Part shown: positions 34,301 to 43,277 of the stretch, piece after piece | Numbering within the stretch: the stretch's first letter is position 1 | How the letters are laid out: each line of letters starts with the position of its first letter | Assembly: GCA_963776275.1 (NCBI GenBank) | Contig: CAVZMI010000020.1 | Location: 192,001-256,000 of the forward strand | Direction of reading: 5' to 3' | DNA: 64,000 nucleotides | Source of the DNA: Ignavibacteriota bacterium | GTDB taxonomy: Bacteria > Bacteroidota > Ignavibacteria > UBA10030 > CAVZMI01 | The notes under the pieces: model-generated | Database searches by the model: none | Seen by the model: the letters and a program-made list of their open reading frames with translations, nothing else | Told to the model about the DNA's origin: nothing | Program-made: the position numbers and the translations under genes

Positions 34301-34487
34301 CAGGCTGAAACTGAATCATGATTGCCAGGACACGCAGGGTATCCGGATGAGTAATAACCGATGGTGCTACGTTAAGGCTAAAAAAAGAGTCACCCCCATC
34401 AAGGGAGAGAGGGTGACTCAATTGCTGTGCGTGAGCTACTGAAACTGTTATCATGCTGCCCACCAGCCAGCAAAGAAGACTTCTCAT
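31332..34487 (-). CDS. T9SS cargo: M6 (immune inhibitor A)-like domain, FG-GAP repeats, type A CTD
   Basis: IIFHAG, LGLPDLY, GLMD, EYYLIENR, GMLIWHIDE, LEEADG; DVDGDG/DIDNDG/DIDGDG repeats; C-terminal WPNP..IKIYDIAG..PGIYL. Confidence 0.8.
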   Translation of the reverse strand: MRSLLCWLVGSMITVSVAHAQQLSHPLSLDGGDSFFSLNVAPSVITHPDTLRVLAIMIQFQPDSDSRTTGNGAFDISQSADTLFDPPPHNLQYFLNHLKFAENYFRKVSNGKLIVQSEVVNRVFTVSKKMQAYAPQLIGTDYTPLAQLMVDAWRLADSLSPEIDFSLYNTFIIFHAGAGRDFNLAEQGNPLPYDLPSLYLNLQSAKKFLGNSYEGIPVDSGKTYITSSIILPETERLVIGEGVFSTLINYSWNGLLTAMIGSHLGLPDLYNTSNGQSGIGRFGLMDGAGFFSYRGLFPPEPSAWERIALGWAKVIEVPSGISEIRVHAVGLHDGSDSIIFKVPINSREYYLIENRNRDPLKNGQLVSMIVNGQLVVQHFNGDTTDIALFNEDNPNAIRGVLVDVEDYDWSLPGGVDTNNIVYDGGMLIWHIDENIIGARLETNTINNDPLQRGVDLEEADGSQDIGQSYGMLDPAAGSEYGTLFDYWYAGNKAPLFINRFDETTNPPALTNSYLPSHVSMNSFSLRGPIMSARVRIGDDRVQPLTGFPKKIGAVEPKQSPVALFGTPNIRPIIFTPSSGGLYGFSLLSDIPSSTMVSGWICDSTGLILRPPSPITSIALIPADPAYGNRQVFVCLDSTEAVLFTRGEGKCSSIQYITEGHPGEYNIVTHKSAVIGMKQAQASPAFLVGDDYGRIEIIDFSGTFKQSRSISNLPIVTFLGPVENDTTWVAIAEDRATTSAGITIQVQDKKIVAAAAGDVDGDGKREMVLVTSSRDILVYSFSGDLISGFSLKVPDSIVTSPAIADIDNDGKEDIILTVGRTLLVMNYGGSAIDNFPVQFPSGEPMTASPVVGDIDGDGSVDIVVGLSNGEIAAVNKRGKMLTGFPLTAGGAVVTTPFLFNILGKVGLAVSCGDSSLYAWQFNTQYVDSLMPWPGYHHDATQSNTTAVKETVSYRPPVSEFFPKSRAYNWPNPVYNGKTYIRYYLGAPASVVIKIYDIAGDRIAEFTGPGIGGIDNEVEWNTASFQPGIYLAKIEARGTAGSGDVFIKIAVVK

Positions 34488-34489
34488 TA

Positions 34490-35590
34490 TTATTGCCAGT
34501 TAATCAATATTGAAAAACGCAATGTATTTGCAAGGGGACTGCTGTCCGAGGCAGAAATATAACTAAAATCAAATCCATAAATGTCGTAGCGAATTCCGCC
34601 GCCGAATGTTAGGAATTTTCTATTACCATATTTCTCATCCTCATGGAAATACCCGGCCCGAAGGGCGACTGTTTTATCGTACCAATATTCCAATCCCACT
34701 CCCTCGACAACTCGTTGAAGTCCACCGTCACCCCACGCAGTGAAGAGAGCCTTATAAAACGGATCCGGCTTTTTCTCTTCCTCCGGCGGATATCGCCGCA
34801 CAAGGAGGCGACTAAAATCAAGAGAAAAATTCAGATCGTTATGTTCACTGTTAAGAATCTTATATCCAAATCCCAACCGGAGGTTTGTCGGTATCGGATC
34901 GGCTTGTTCTTTATCTATGTAGGTCATTGTCGGACCGAGATTCGACAAATTCATACCGACGCTGAATGCATTTCCGATATCACCTACTAATGGAATTTCA
35001 AGTACTTTCGGTTTATAAAGGAGGGCGATATCAGCGCTCACCGTTGATGCAATACCTTTTCCTTGTTCTTGTCCCGCACCTACATCGGCAAGTTTACTGT
35101 AGATGAAGCGCAAGCTCGTTCCTATTGAAAACTCATCGGTAATCAGTGTAGAATATCCCACAGCAGCGGCCATTTCGAAACTTCGGAACGTGCCAATAAC
35201 TTCAGGACCGGATTCACCTGTCCTATTGAATTCCCCGTAATTCATGTAAATGATGCTGGCGCCGATCGTCCCACTGATGCTCGGCATTTCAGCTTTGAAA
35301 TACAGATTCTCATAAAAAAGATCCGATAGTTGCAACTGCGGAAGCCAGCTTGAATGCGAGAGACTGACTTCATAGCCATGCTGAAAGGCCAGCCCCGCAG
35401 GGTTGTAGAACATTGCCGATGCATCGTCGGCGATGCCTGCCCCTGATTCACCAAGTGCACTTGCTCGCGGTGCAGGCGAGATTAATAGAAACGGGACTGC
35501 TGCTTCCCCCTGAGCCTGTACCGAACTCGGTACAATGAGAAATAACAGGATCAGTACCACACCATACATCACTATTGATTGCTTAAGCAT
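34490..35590 (-). CDS. porV: Type IX secretion system outer-membrane shuttle PorV
   Basis: AVPFLLISPAPRASALGE, YNPAGLAF, NLSNLGP..Y, PIPTNLRLG, GLEYWY, LRAGYFHE..KYGNRKF.TFG, PLANTLRFS. Confidence 0.88.
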   Translation of the reverse strand: MLKQSIVMYGVVLILLFLIVPSSVQAQGEAAVPFLLISPAPRASALGESGAGIADDASAMFYNPAGLAFQHGYEVSLSHSSWLPQLQLSDLFYENLYFKAEMPSISGTIGASIIYMNYGEFNRTGESGPEVIGTFRSFEMAAAVGYSTLITDEFSIGTSLRFIYSKLADVGAGQEQGKGIASTVSADIALLYKPKVLEIPLVGDIGNAFSVGMNLSNLGPTMTYIDKEQADPIPTNLRLGFGYKILNSEHNDLNFSLDFSRLLVRRYPPEEEKKPDPFYKALFTAWGDGGLQRVVEGVGLEYWYDKTVALRAGYFHEDEKYGNRKFLTFGGGIRYDIYGFDFSYISASDSSPLANTLRFSILINWQ

Positions 35591-36845
35591 TCTTCTTAAC
35601 CTCCAGCATTACGCTATGATATTGTCTGTAATAGTAACGATTTAATCCATAATCCAGTACGGATGTCATCATGTCAGCAAGCGCCGCACCCATAAGACCT
35701 ATCAGTGGAATTAGTACAATGTCCGCTGCCACATTCAACGTCGATGTCGTTATTGAGATGTTCCGCATATATTTCCCGAGACGCCGGGCCGAAAAATAAC
35801 TGTGATAAATCTGGTTCCAGCCATTAAAGATCATTCCAAATACAAGGATCGGAACAATATCACGCACGGCATCATACTTCTCTGAGAAGACGGATCGGAT
35901 AATCCATTGGTTACCGATCACCACTATCCCCGCAATTCCCAGTATCCATATACTGTTAGCGATAAAAATGTTCCTGGGAATCCGTTCAAGCGAAGCAAAT
36001 CGCTTAAAGATGCTTATTCCTATGGCACGCGCGAACATCGAAATCGGGAGTACGATCGTCTGAGCGACACTATAATATCCGACTGATGTTGCTCCAAATA
36101 CATACGAAATCAACAATTTATCACTTCCGGTTGTCAAATTATCAACGATCGTACCGGAGTAGATATAAATTCCGTATTCACGTGTTTCCTTCATAATATG
36201 CCGTACTCGCACGAAAACATCGGTAAAATCAGGCCTGGTAGCTGCTGCCACAGCGATCATCGCCAGCGTGAGAGCTCCAAAGTACAGCACAAGTGAAAGA
36301 AGCAGACTGAACCGACCGGTTATCACGACCACACCTACCACGCAACAGTAAAGTAAACGCGGCAGTATTGTATGGATTGCTAATTTCCCGATTTCATTGC
36401 TTCCGCGGAACAACAACGTAAGCATTCCCTGGAACGGAAATACCATTATCAGTGGTGCAAGCAATAACAAATACCCGCCGATATGGCTCGTAAAAATACG
36501 ATCGATGAAAAGACTCACCAGAACGATGCATAGTCCAAAGACGATGCTCACACCGCCCGTCAGAACGACCATCGCACCGGCGAGTTTGCGTTCATCTCCC
36601 CGCTCAGGCGATTCCGGGATCACCGCCATTAGCCGTGACCCGGCCGAGAACAGCCCAAAGTCAAAGAACCATCCGACAAAAAGAATTGTCGATGTAACAA
36701 ACGAAAAAATACCGAAATCATCAACTGACAATAACCGTGTATTGGCAATCGTGATGCCGAGTCCCAGAATTGCATTCACAAGCTGGGCAATGAATAGGAC
36801 TCCACTCTGTCGTGCTGTTATATTCTGGAAGAGCGAGCGGAGCAC
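35583..36845 (-). CDS. Oligosaccharide flippase (Wzx/MOP family)
   Basis: Multi-TM; RLLSVDDFG, DFGL, DKLLI...VGYYSVA, LIPLIGLMGAALA. Confidence 0.8.
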   Translation of the reverse strand: MLRSLFQNITARQSGVLFIAQLVNAILGLGITIANTRLLSVDDFGIFSFVTSTILFVGWFFDFGLFSAGSRLMAVIPESPERGDERKLAGAMVVLTGGVSIVFGLCIVLVSLFIDRIFTSHIGGYLLLLAPLIMVFPFQGMLTLLFRGSNEIGKLAIHTILPRLLYCCVVGVVVITGRFSLLLSLVLYFGALTLAMIAVAAATRPDFTDVFVRVRHIMKETREYGIYIYSGTIVDNLTTGSDKLLISYVFGATSVGYYSVAQTIVLPISMFARAIGISIFKRFASLERIPRNIFIANSIWILGIAGIVVIGNQWIIRSVFSEKYDAVRDIVPILVFGMIFNGWNQIYHSYFSARRLGKYMRNISITTSTLNVAADIVLIPLIGLMGAALADMMTSVLDYGLNRYYYRQYHSVMLEVKKNA

Positions 36846-37106
36846 CGGGCATCCTTTCGTTGGAAATAGTAAAGCCGAATGTCAATTGCCCATCCCTTGC
36901 ATCCGGGATTGCCTTTAACATTCGGCTTCCTTAAAATAATCTCAATTTTACTATCCGACTTCGTTAAAGGCTTCCCTCGCCCCGCACCGACGTCCTTTCC
37001 TTACGGGGATATGACTTCAGACATCTATTCTGAAGATATTCATAATAAAATTATATCAATCCTTTAACGAAGGTGCTATAAATCAGAACTCCTTATATGG
37101 GGTAGC

Positions 37107-37135
37107 AATATATCAAATTTGGGCATGTTTGTCAA
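37107..37135 (-). promoter_or_regulatory. Sigma70-type promoter of the flippase-porV operon
   Basis: Minus strand TTGACA-17-TATATT with extended -10 TG. Confidence 0.7.
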
Positions 37136-37247
37136 GCTTTTTCTCTGTCGGTCAAGAAACCGCAAATTTATATAGTTTCTCGTATTTTTCGCTTGATATT
37201 TTCCTGTCCCTTTGATATTATTGATCTTAAAGTGAAAGGGATTTTCT

Positions 37248-38237
37248 ATGGCAAAGATTAAAGTAGGTACATTCAATTGTGAAAACATGTTTACCCGCTA
37301 CAAATTCCTCGACATTCCATGGGATGAAAAGAAATATGTCGACTTCATAAGACCAAGTGCAAGTGAGGGATTGGTAAACTTCCTTCCCGGACGGGGAGAC
37401 ATACCGGCACCGAGGGAAATCAGCCGGAAGCAGCGTCAGAATACCGCGGCGGTTGTACTCAATAATTCTCCTGATATTCTTGCTGTTCAGGAGGTCGAAA
37501 ATCTTCCAACGATGCGGCTGTTTAATTCTAAATTCATGCACCACTATTTCAAGTATTCCGTCCTCATTGAAGGAAATGACAGTATGAGGATGATCGATGT
37601 CGGTCTATTTTCCAATCATCCTATTCTCAATATACGAACGCATATGTTCGAGACAAAATATCTTCCTTCCCACAAGAGTCCGTCTCATATATTTTCACGT
37701 GATTGTCTTGAAGTTGATGTTCTTATCGATAAGCAGATCGTCACGTTCCTTGTAAATCATTTTAAAGCACAGGAAGCTTTCACAAAACGGGGGAAAAAAC
37801 CGTCGGACGATGTCCTCAAACGCCAGATGCAAGCCGAACGCGTTGTTGAAATTGTTGAAGAAAAATACACAAACGATCATAACGCACAATATATTGTCCT
37901 TGGTGATTTAAATTGTGCCCCGCCAGCCGACGGCGTTTCCGACCTTGCCGCATTCTACAAAACAAAAGCGGTTATCCCGATCGACGATTCACTCGACGGT
38001 CAGCAATGGACCCATTTTTTATCAATGAAAAATCAAAAACGGTCAAGTGTTTCAAAAATGGATTATATCTTCATCTCTCCGGCAATTCGCAAGAAAAATC
38101 CGAAGGCAGAACTTATCATTGAGCGGGGAGGACTGAGTCCGTTATGCAGGTTCTATACCGAAAAACGATTTCCGGGTATTACGGAAAATACGGAAGCTTC
38201 AGATCATTGTGCTGTTTTTGTAGATCTTGATATTTGA
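37248..38237 (+). CDS. Endonuclease/exonuclease/phosphatase (EEP) family protein
   Basis: TFNCEN, DILAVQEVE, FSRDCL, NHFK, LGDLN, DYIF, SDH; promoter TTGATA-17-TATTAT at 37193-37221. Confidence 0.85.
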   Translation: MAKIKVGTFNCENMFTRYKFLDIPWDEKKYVDFIRPSASEGLVNFLPGRGDIPAPREISRKQRQNTAAVVLNNSPDILAVQEVENLPTMRLFNSKFMHHYFKYSVLIEGNDSMRMIDVGLFSNHPILNIRTHMFETKYLPSHKSPSHIFSRDCLEVDVLIDKQIVTFLVNHFKAQEAFTKRGKKPSDDVLKRQMQAERVVEIVEEKYTNDHNAQYIVLGDLNCAPPADGVSDLAAFYKTKAVIPIDDSLDGQQWTHFLSMKNQKRSSVSKMDYIFISPAIRKKNPKAELIIERGGLSPLCRFYTEKRFPGITENTEASDHCAVFVDLDI

Positions 38238-38358
38238 GATCAGAAAAATCTGGAGGTTTGTACGGTAGCGGTGTATAAAACCGATAACGTCATACCGAGA
38301 ATGACATTCATACAATCTGCTCAAAGCGCTACCTGTCACGTTGTAAATCAATAATCCG

Positions 38359-40041
38359 TCAAGACCGACTCTCCTCTTTCTGGGGAAGTGCGGGAATTAC
38401 CAAGAGAACCTTCTCCCGATCAATGACGACTGTACCGGCTGAAGCTCCTTTCGGTTTCCGTACATATTTTTTTTCCGTCATCGCGACTGGTACATACTTT
38501 GCGTTCCTTTGTCTGCTGTAATATGCCGCAATTGATGCTGCCTGTTCCTTCGCTTTTTTGGAAGGCTCACCGTTTCCTGTCGCAACACGAAGAACGACAT
38601 GCGATCCGCCGCTCCCACGTACATGAAACCACAGATCATTCGGCTTTGCATAGTGTAACGTCAATTCATCGTTATTTTTGCTGCTCTTTCCCGCCCACAC
38701 TTCAAAACCCCCGGCGACATGAAATATACGGAATGGTACCGGCTCATCGGTTTTCACATTTCTGATTATGTTATATGCTTGCAATTCTTTTTTTTGCACC
38801 CGAACGAATTCTTTCAGTTCGTCTCCTGTTGTACATTTGGAAATATTCTCATAAAGTGTGCGAAGCACGGCTATGGTTTTCTCAAGTGTCTTTAAGCGTT
38901 CTTCCGATTCACGCCGCGCAGATTTTGCCTTTTTTGCCCGATTAAAATAATTTTCCGCATTCTGGATCGGCGTTAAATGCAAATCCAGAGGAATTTTCAC
39001 CGGGATACCGGTAAGAGGATCATCAAGTTCTATCTCCTCCTGTAACCGAGTAATAGAACTCGCATAGGTCATAAGTATCTTTCCATACCTCTCATATTGC
39101 ACTACACGATCTGCGTTGATAAGATCTGCACGGATTTTGCCGATAGTCCGCTCAACCCTGAGTATTTCGGTTTGGAGTCGTTGCTGCATCTCATGTTGCC
39201 CGCCTTCGAAGTATTCATCTCTCATGCTCTTCGAAACATATACGCGAAGCGCATTGTTGATCGAATCGGATTCCTCGCATCTGAGATGTGAATATTGTGA
39301 AAGCGAAATAAGTGAAAATGCGATCGGTGAATCGTGTTTGTAGTAGATCCTGGGCGCCGGTTGTGTCAACTGACCGGAGAGATTCTGTAGTGTTTGAAAG
39401 AGTATTCGCCCCTGGTCATCCGTTACTGATGCAATAGGTGTTGCCGCCTCGAATTGTGTACGATGCAGAATTTCCTCGATGAGCGTTTTTCCGAGATAAG
39501 GAAACATAGATTTCAGGGCTTCACGAAGAAGTATGCGATCATGAGCTTTGAGTGTATGGAAAAATTCATCGTACGAATTTAATAATGGCATGTCGGTGTT
39601 TCCGCCCCGTTTCAACATAACAATTTTCCCGACCGTTTCTTTTGAGCGGACAAATTCATCAATAATAGCATTGTGATCATTAACAACGAGCACATTTGCA
39701 GCACTACCGTACATCTTAATTGCCACGGTAAGTTGTCCAGAACAACGGAGAAGCAGGGTTCTATCATATTGAGCGGATGCGATACTCTCGATTGTTTTCC
39801 CGATAACAAGCGGAAAAAGATCGACGGTATTTCGTTTTGCTCGTTTTATGTCGTGGAGCAGGTACACAAAATTCCTATGCGGTTCGACAGAAATCCTTAA
39901 AGCCGCATGTTGTTCGCCCTGATCGAAGTGCAACATGAGCTCATTCCGCGTTTGGGAGAAAACCTCAAGAATCGATGCTCCGGCAAGCATCTCATCAAGC
40001 CAGTGTGCAAGGTATTTCAATGTTGCATAGTGCGTCAGCAT
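38359..40041 (-). CDS. rqcH: Ribosome quality control NFACT protein (RqcH/Rqc2/FbpA family)
   Basis: NFACT-N with DR motif, HhH region (LGKTLIEEI), NAENYF, NFACT-R GKSSKNNDELT..DLWFHVRGSGGSHV. Confidence 0.85.
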   Translation of the reverse strand: MLTHYATLKYLAHWLDEMLAGASILEVFSQTRNELMLHFDQGEQHAALRISVEPHRNFVYLLHDIKRAKRNTVDLFPLVIGKTIESIASAQYDRTLLLRCSGQLTVAIKMYGSAANVLVVNDHNAIIDEFVRSKETVGKIVMLKRGGNTDMPLLNSYDEFFHTLKAHDRILLREALKSMFPYLGKTLIEEILHRTQFEAATPIASVTDDQGRILFQTLQNLSGQLTQPAPRIYYKHDSPIAFSLISLSQYSHLRCEESDSINNALRVYVSKSMRDEYFEGGQHEMQQRLQTEILRVERTIGKIRADLINADRVVQYERYGKILMTYASSITRLQEEIELDDPLTGIPVKIPLDLHLTPIQNAENYFNRAKKAKSARRESEERLKTLEKTIAVLRTLYENISKCTTGDELKEFVRVQKKELQAYNIIRNVKTDEPVPFRIFHVAGGFEVWAGKSSKNNDELTLHYAKPNDLWFHVRGSGGSHVVLRVATGNGEPSKKAKEQAASIAAYYSRQRNAKYVPVAMTEKKYVRKPKGASAGTVVIDREKVLLVIPALPQKEESRS

Positions 40042-40044
40042 TTG

Positions 40045-40118
40045 TTATCCACAGTTGGATGAGAAATATAGTAATTACATGTCGAAAAAGAAATTGGATG
40101 TGGGTAAGATGTGGATAA
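40045..40118. promoter_or_regulatory. DnaA-box cluster
   Basis: TTATCCACA at 40045-40053; TGTGGATAA at 40110-40118; one-mismatch TGTGGGTAA at 40099-40107. Confidence 0.6.
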
Positions 40119-40212
40119 ATCCGTTCACATCTTGTTTAAAGCTTTTCATTGACTACGGGTGAGTTTTTTTGTACCTTACGGTGCAAATTTTTCTAATTTA
40201 TCGGGGTTTTCC

Positions 40213-41091
40213 ATGATTTCAAGCATGACCGGTTATGGACGGGGTGAAGCAAGCAACAAGGAAATCACCGCCATTGTTGAAATCCGGAGTGTGAACAGCC
40301 GGTTTTTAGAAGTCAATTCCCGTCTTCCACGGACACTCATACTTCGTGAGAACGACATCAAGGAATATATCCGTCAGAAACTCAGTCGCGGAAAGATCAA
40401 TGTCAATATTACTCTTGAGCACGCCTCCGATGGGGAGGTTCCCGTTACAATTGATAAGTCGGCTGCAAAAGCGTATTACAAATTGCTCAATGAGCTTCGA
40501 AAGACGGTGAAGACGAAGGAAAGAGTGAGTCTTGACCATCTCCTGAAGTTTTCGGATATCTTTAAAGCCGAGGATATTGAAGATGCGGGTGAACAAGAGT
40601 GGAAGTTTGTTGTTGAAGCACTCGAAAGTGCTCTTGATGATCTCAATCTCATGCGAATGAACGAGGGTGCAGAATTAAAAAAGGATTTTCTCAAGCGTCT
40701 CCTGTTGATGGAAGAAAAAGTGAATGAGATCGAGAATCTTTCTAGAGCCAGGCTTCCTGAAGAACGTCAGAGATTGATAGAACGGGTTCGTCAGATTATC
40801 GATGAGGGGAAAATCGACCCGGCCCGTCTTGAACTGGAGATTATTCTACTTGCAGATAAAATGGATGTCACTGAAGAATGTGTCCGTTTCAGAAGTCATG
40901 TAAAATTTTTTACCGAAGCTCTTAACGGTACGGATTCAGCTGGCCGTAAATTGAATTTTTTAATTCAGGAGATGAACCGCGAGATTAACACCATCGGATC
41001 AAAAAGCAGCGACACGGTTATTTCCCATACTGTCGTAAGAGTGAAAGAAGAATTAGAACGTATTCGTGAGCAGCTGCAGAATATCGAATAA
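40213..41091 (+). CDS. yicC: YicC/YloC family endoribonuclease
   Basis: SMTGYGR, EIRSVNSRFL, DVTEECVRF, GRKLNFLIQEMNREINTIGSK; promoter TTGACT-17-TACCTT at 40149-40177. Confidence 0.92.
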   Translation: MISSMTGYGRGEASNKEITAIVEIRSVNSRFLEVNSRLPRTLILRENDIKEYIRQKLSRGKINVNITLEHASDGEVPVTIDKSAAKAYYKLLNELRKTVKTKERVSLDHLLKFSDIFKAEDIEDAGEQEWKFVVEALESALDDLNLMRMNEGAELKKDFLKRLLLMEEKVNEIENLSRARLPEERQRLIERVRQIIDEGKIDPARLELEIILLADKMDVTEECVRFRSHVKFFTEALNGTDSAGRKLNFLIQEMNREINTIGSKSSDTVISHTVVRVKEELERIREQLQNIE

Positions 41092-41660
41092 TGAATGCAC
41101 CAAGGCTCTTTGTGATCTCGGCGCCCAGCGGGTGCGGAAAGACTACGATTGTAAAGGCGATTCTCCAGCGTCATCCGGAGTTTCGTTTTTCTATTTCCGC
41201 AACAACGCGAAAAAAAAGAGACGACGAGATTGATGGACATGATTACTTCTTTCTCACGCAGCAAGAATTTCAACGAAGGATCGATATCGGTGAGTTTGCA
41301 GAATGGGAAGAATTCTTCGGCAACCGCTACGGCACTTTGAAGAGTCAGATTGATGATGCGCTTCACACCGGGACTTCGATGATTTTCGATATCGATGTGA
41401 AAGGCGGTCTCTCGATCAAGCGCCTTTATCCTCATGATGCCGTCACGATTTTTATTGAACCGCCGAATCTTGAGATACTTCACCAGCGTCTTGCAAGTCG
41501 GGGTACTGAAACACCTCGGCAATTACAGATTCGTATATCCAGAGTTGAGATGGAGCTTCAGGAGGGAAAAAGTTTTGAATATCATATTGTGAACGACATC
41601 CTTGAAAAAGCTATCGCAGATGTCGACGCAATCATCCAGGATTCTCTCACAAAATCCTGA
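41091..41660 (+). CDS. gmk: Guanylate kinase
   Basis: SAPSGCGKTT, SISATTR, YGT, DIDVKG. Confidence 0.95.
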   Translation: MNAPRLFVISAPSGCGKTTIVKAILQRHPEFRFSISATTRKKRDDEIDGHDYFFLTQQEFQRRIDIGEFAEWEEFFGNRYGTLKSQIDDALHTGTSMIFDIDVKGGLSIKRLYPHDAVTIFIEPPNLEILHQRLASRGTETPRQLQIRISRVEMELQEGKSFEYHIVNDILEKAIADVDAIIQDSLTKS

Positions 41661-41704
41661 AAAAAGTGCTTTATCAATTATAATTATTAACGGAGGAGAA
41701 CGCT

Positions 41705-42028
41705 ATGCCCATCAAGCCGGTTGATTTGAAAGAACTTGAGAGCAAAGCCGAAAACATCTACGAAGCAATTGTCCTGATGTCAAAGCGTGCCCGACAAATC
41801 AATGAAGAGAATAAGTTAGAATTCAATCAACGCATCGAATTAATTCAAACTAAGACAGAGACCGATGAAGAAGTCGACGCTAATCCGGATCAACTGAAAA
41901 TCAGCCTCGAATTTGAAAAACGTCCCAAACCGACGGAGATTTCCCTCGAAGAAACAATGGCAAATAAGCTGGAATTTCGATACAAAGAAGCCGAAGAAGA
42001 GCCGGAAAAAAAGGCCGAGGAAGAATAA
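41705..42028 (+). CDS. rpoZ: RNA polymerase omega subunit
   Basis: NIYEAIV.MSKRARQIN and EKRPKPT motifs; gmk-rpoZ-coaBC synteny. Confidence 0.85.
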   Translation: MPIKPVDLKELESKAENIYEAIVLMSKRARQINEENKLEFNQRIELIQTKTETDEEVDANPDQLKISLEFEKRPKPTEISLEETMANKLEFRYKEAEEEPEKKAEEE

Positions 42029-42036
42029 TTTCAAGC

Positions 42037-43254
42037 ATGCTAGCCGGGAAGAAAATACTACTCGGCATCACAGGCGGTATCGCAGCGTACAAAATGCCGT
42101 GGCTCGTCCGAGATTTGAAAAAAGCAGGCGCAGAAGTTCATGTTGTCATGACCTCTTCCGCCACCAAGTTTGTCACACCGGTCGTACTCTCGGCACTATC
42201 ACAACATGACGTGTTGACGACACTATGGCCACCCGAAAAAGCCGGGAATGTTAAGGTAACAACCGAGCATATCGAAACAGCACTCTGGGCGGATCTCATG
42301 CTGATTGCCCCAGCGTCGGCAAATACAATTGCAAAAATTGCCTATGGAGTTGCCGATAACGCGTTGACAACGCTGGTTCTCGCGCTTCGGTGTCCCCTAG
42401 CGATTGCACCATCTATGGATGTCGATATGTACCGGCATGAAGCGACACAGCACAACATTGCGCTCCTGCGCGAACGGGGGATTCATATTCTTGATCCTGA
42501 AAGCGGAGCACTTGCGAGCGGACTCGAAGGTCCCGGACGGTTACCCGAGCTGGATATCATCGTCGGTTTTATCGACAATATCCTTGAAAAAACATACCAG
42601 AATCTCCGCGGGAAAAAAATACTTGTAACAGCCGGACCGACATACGAACCAATCGATCCTGTACGATTTATCGGAAACCTTTCCTCCGGTAAAATGGGCT
42701 ACGCTATAGCAAACGCCGCTGCACAACGTGGTGCTGACGTTACACTGGTGAGCGGTCCGGTCGCACTTGAAACACCACGACACGTCCGGCGCATCAATAT
42801 CCGGACGGCACACGAGATGTCAACAGCAATTCTCCCGCTTGCAAATGAATACGATGCCATCATCATGGCTGCCGCTGTTGCCGATTATACACCGACTACT
42901 GTCGCAGATCACAAACTTAAGAAACATGAGATCGGGAGCAATGAATTATCACTCCACTTAAAAAAAACAGATGATATTCTTGCTGTTCTCGGTGAGAAAA
43001 AAAATAAAACAGTTCTTGTCGGATTCGCTCTCGAAACCCACAACGAAGTCGCTGAGGCACAGTCAAAACTGCAAAATAAAAACCTTGACCTTATCGTTGT
43101 GAACAATCCACTCGTCGAAGGAGCCGCGTTCGGATCAGAAACAAACGTCGTAACCATCATCGATCGCAAAGGGACGATGGAAAAATTCGAAAAGATGTCA
43201 AAGTTCGATGTGGCAACAATTATTCTTGATAAAGTATCATCACTTTTCTCATAA
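42037..43254 (+). CDS. coaBC: Phosphopantothenoylcysteine decarboxylase/ligase
   Basis: GITGGIAAYK, APASANTIAK, TAGPTYEPIDPVRFIGNLSSGKMG, AAVAD, VGFALET. Confidence 0.95.
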   Translation: MLAGKKILLGITGGIAAYKMPWLVRDLKKAGAEVHVVMTSSATKFVTPVVLSALSQHDVLTTLWPPEKAGNVKVTTEHIETALWADLMLIAPASANTIAKIAYGVADNALTTLVLALRCPLAIAPSMDVDMYRHEATQHNIALLRERGIHILDPESGALASGLEGPGRLPELDIIVGFIDNILEKTYQNLRGKKILVTAGPTYEPIDPVRFIGNLSSGKMGYAIANAAAQRGADVTLVSGPVALETPRHVRRINIRTAHEMSTAILPLANEYDAIIMAAAVADYTPTTVADHKLKKHEIGSNELSLHLKKTDDILAVLGEKKNKTVLVGFALETHNEVAEAQSKLQNKNLDLIVVNNPLVEGAAFGSETNVVTIIDRKGTMEKFEKMSKFDVATIILDKVSSLFS

Positions 43255-43277
43255 TCACGGTAACGGAATTCCATAGG

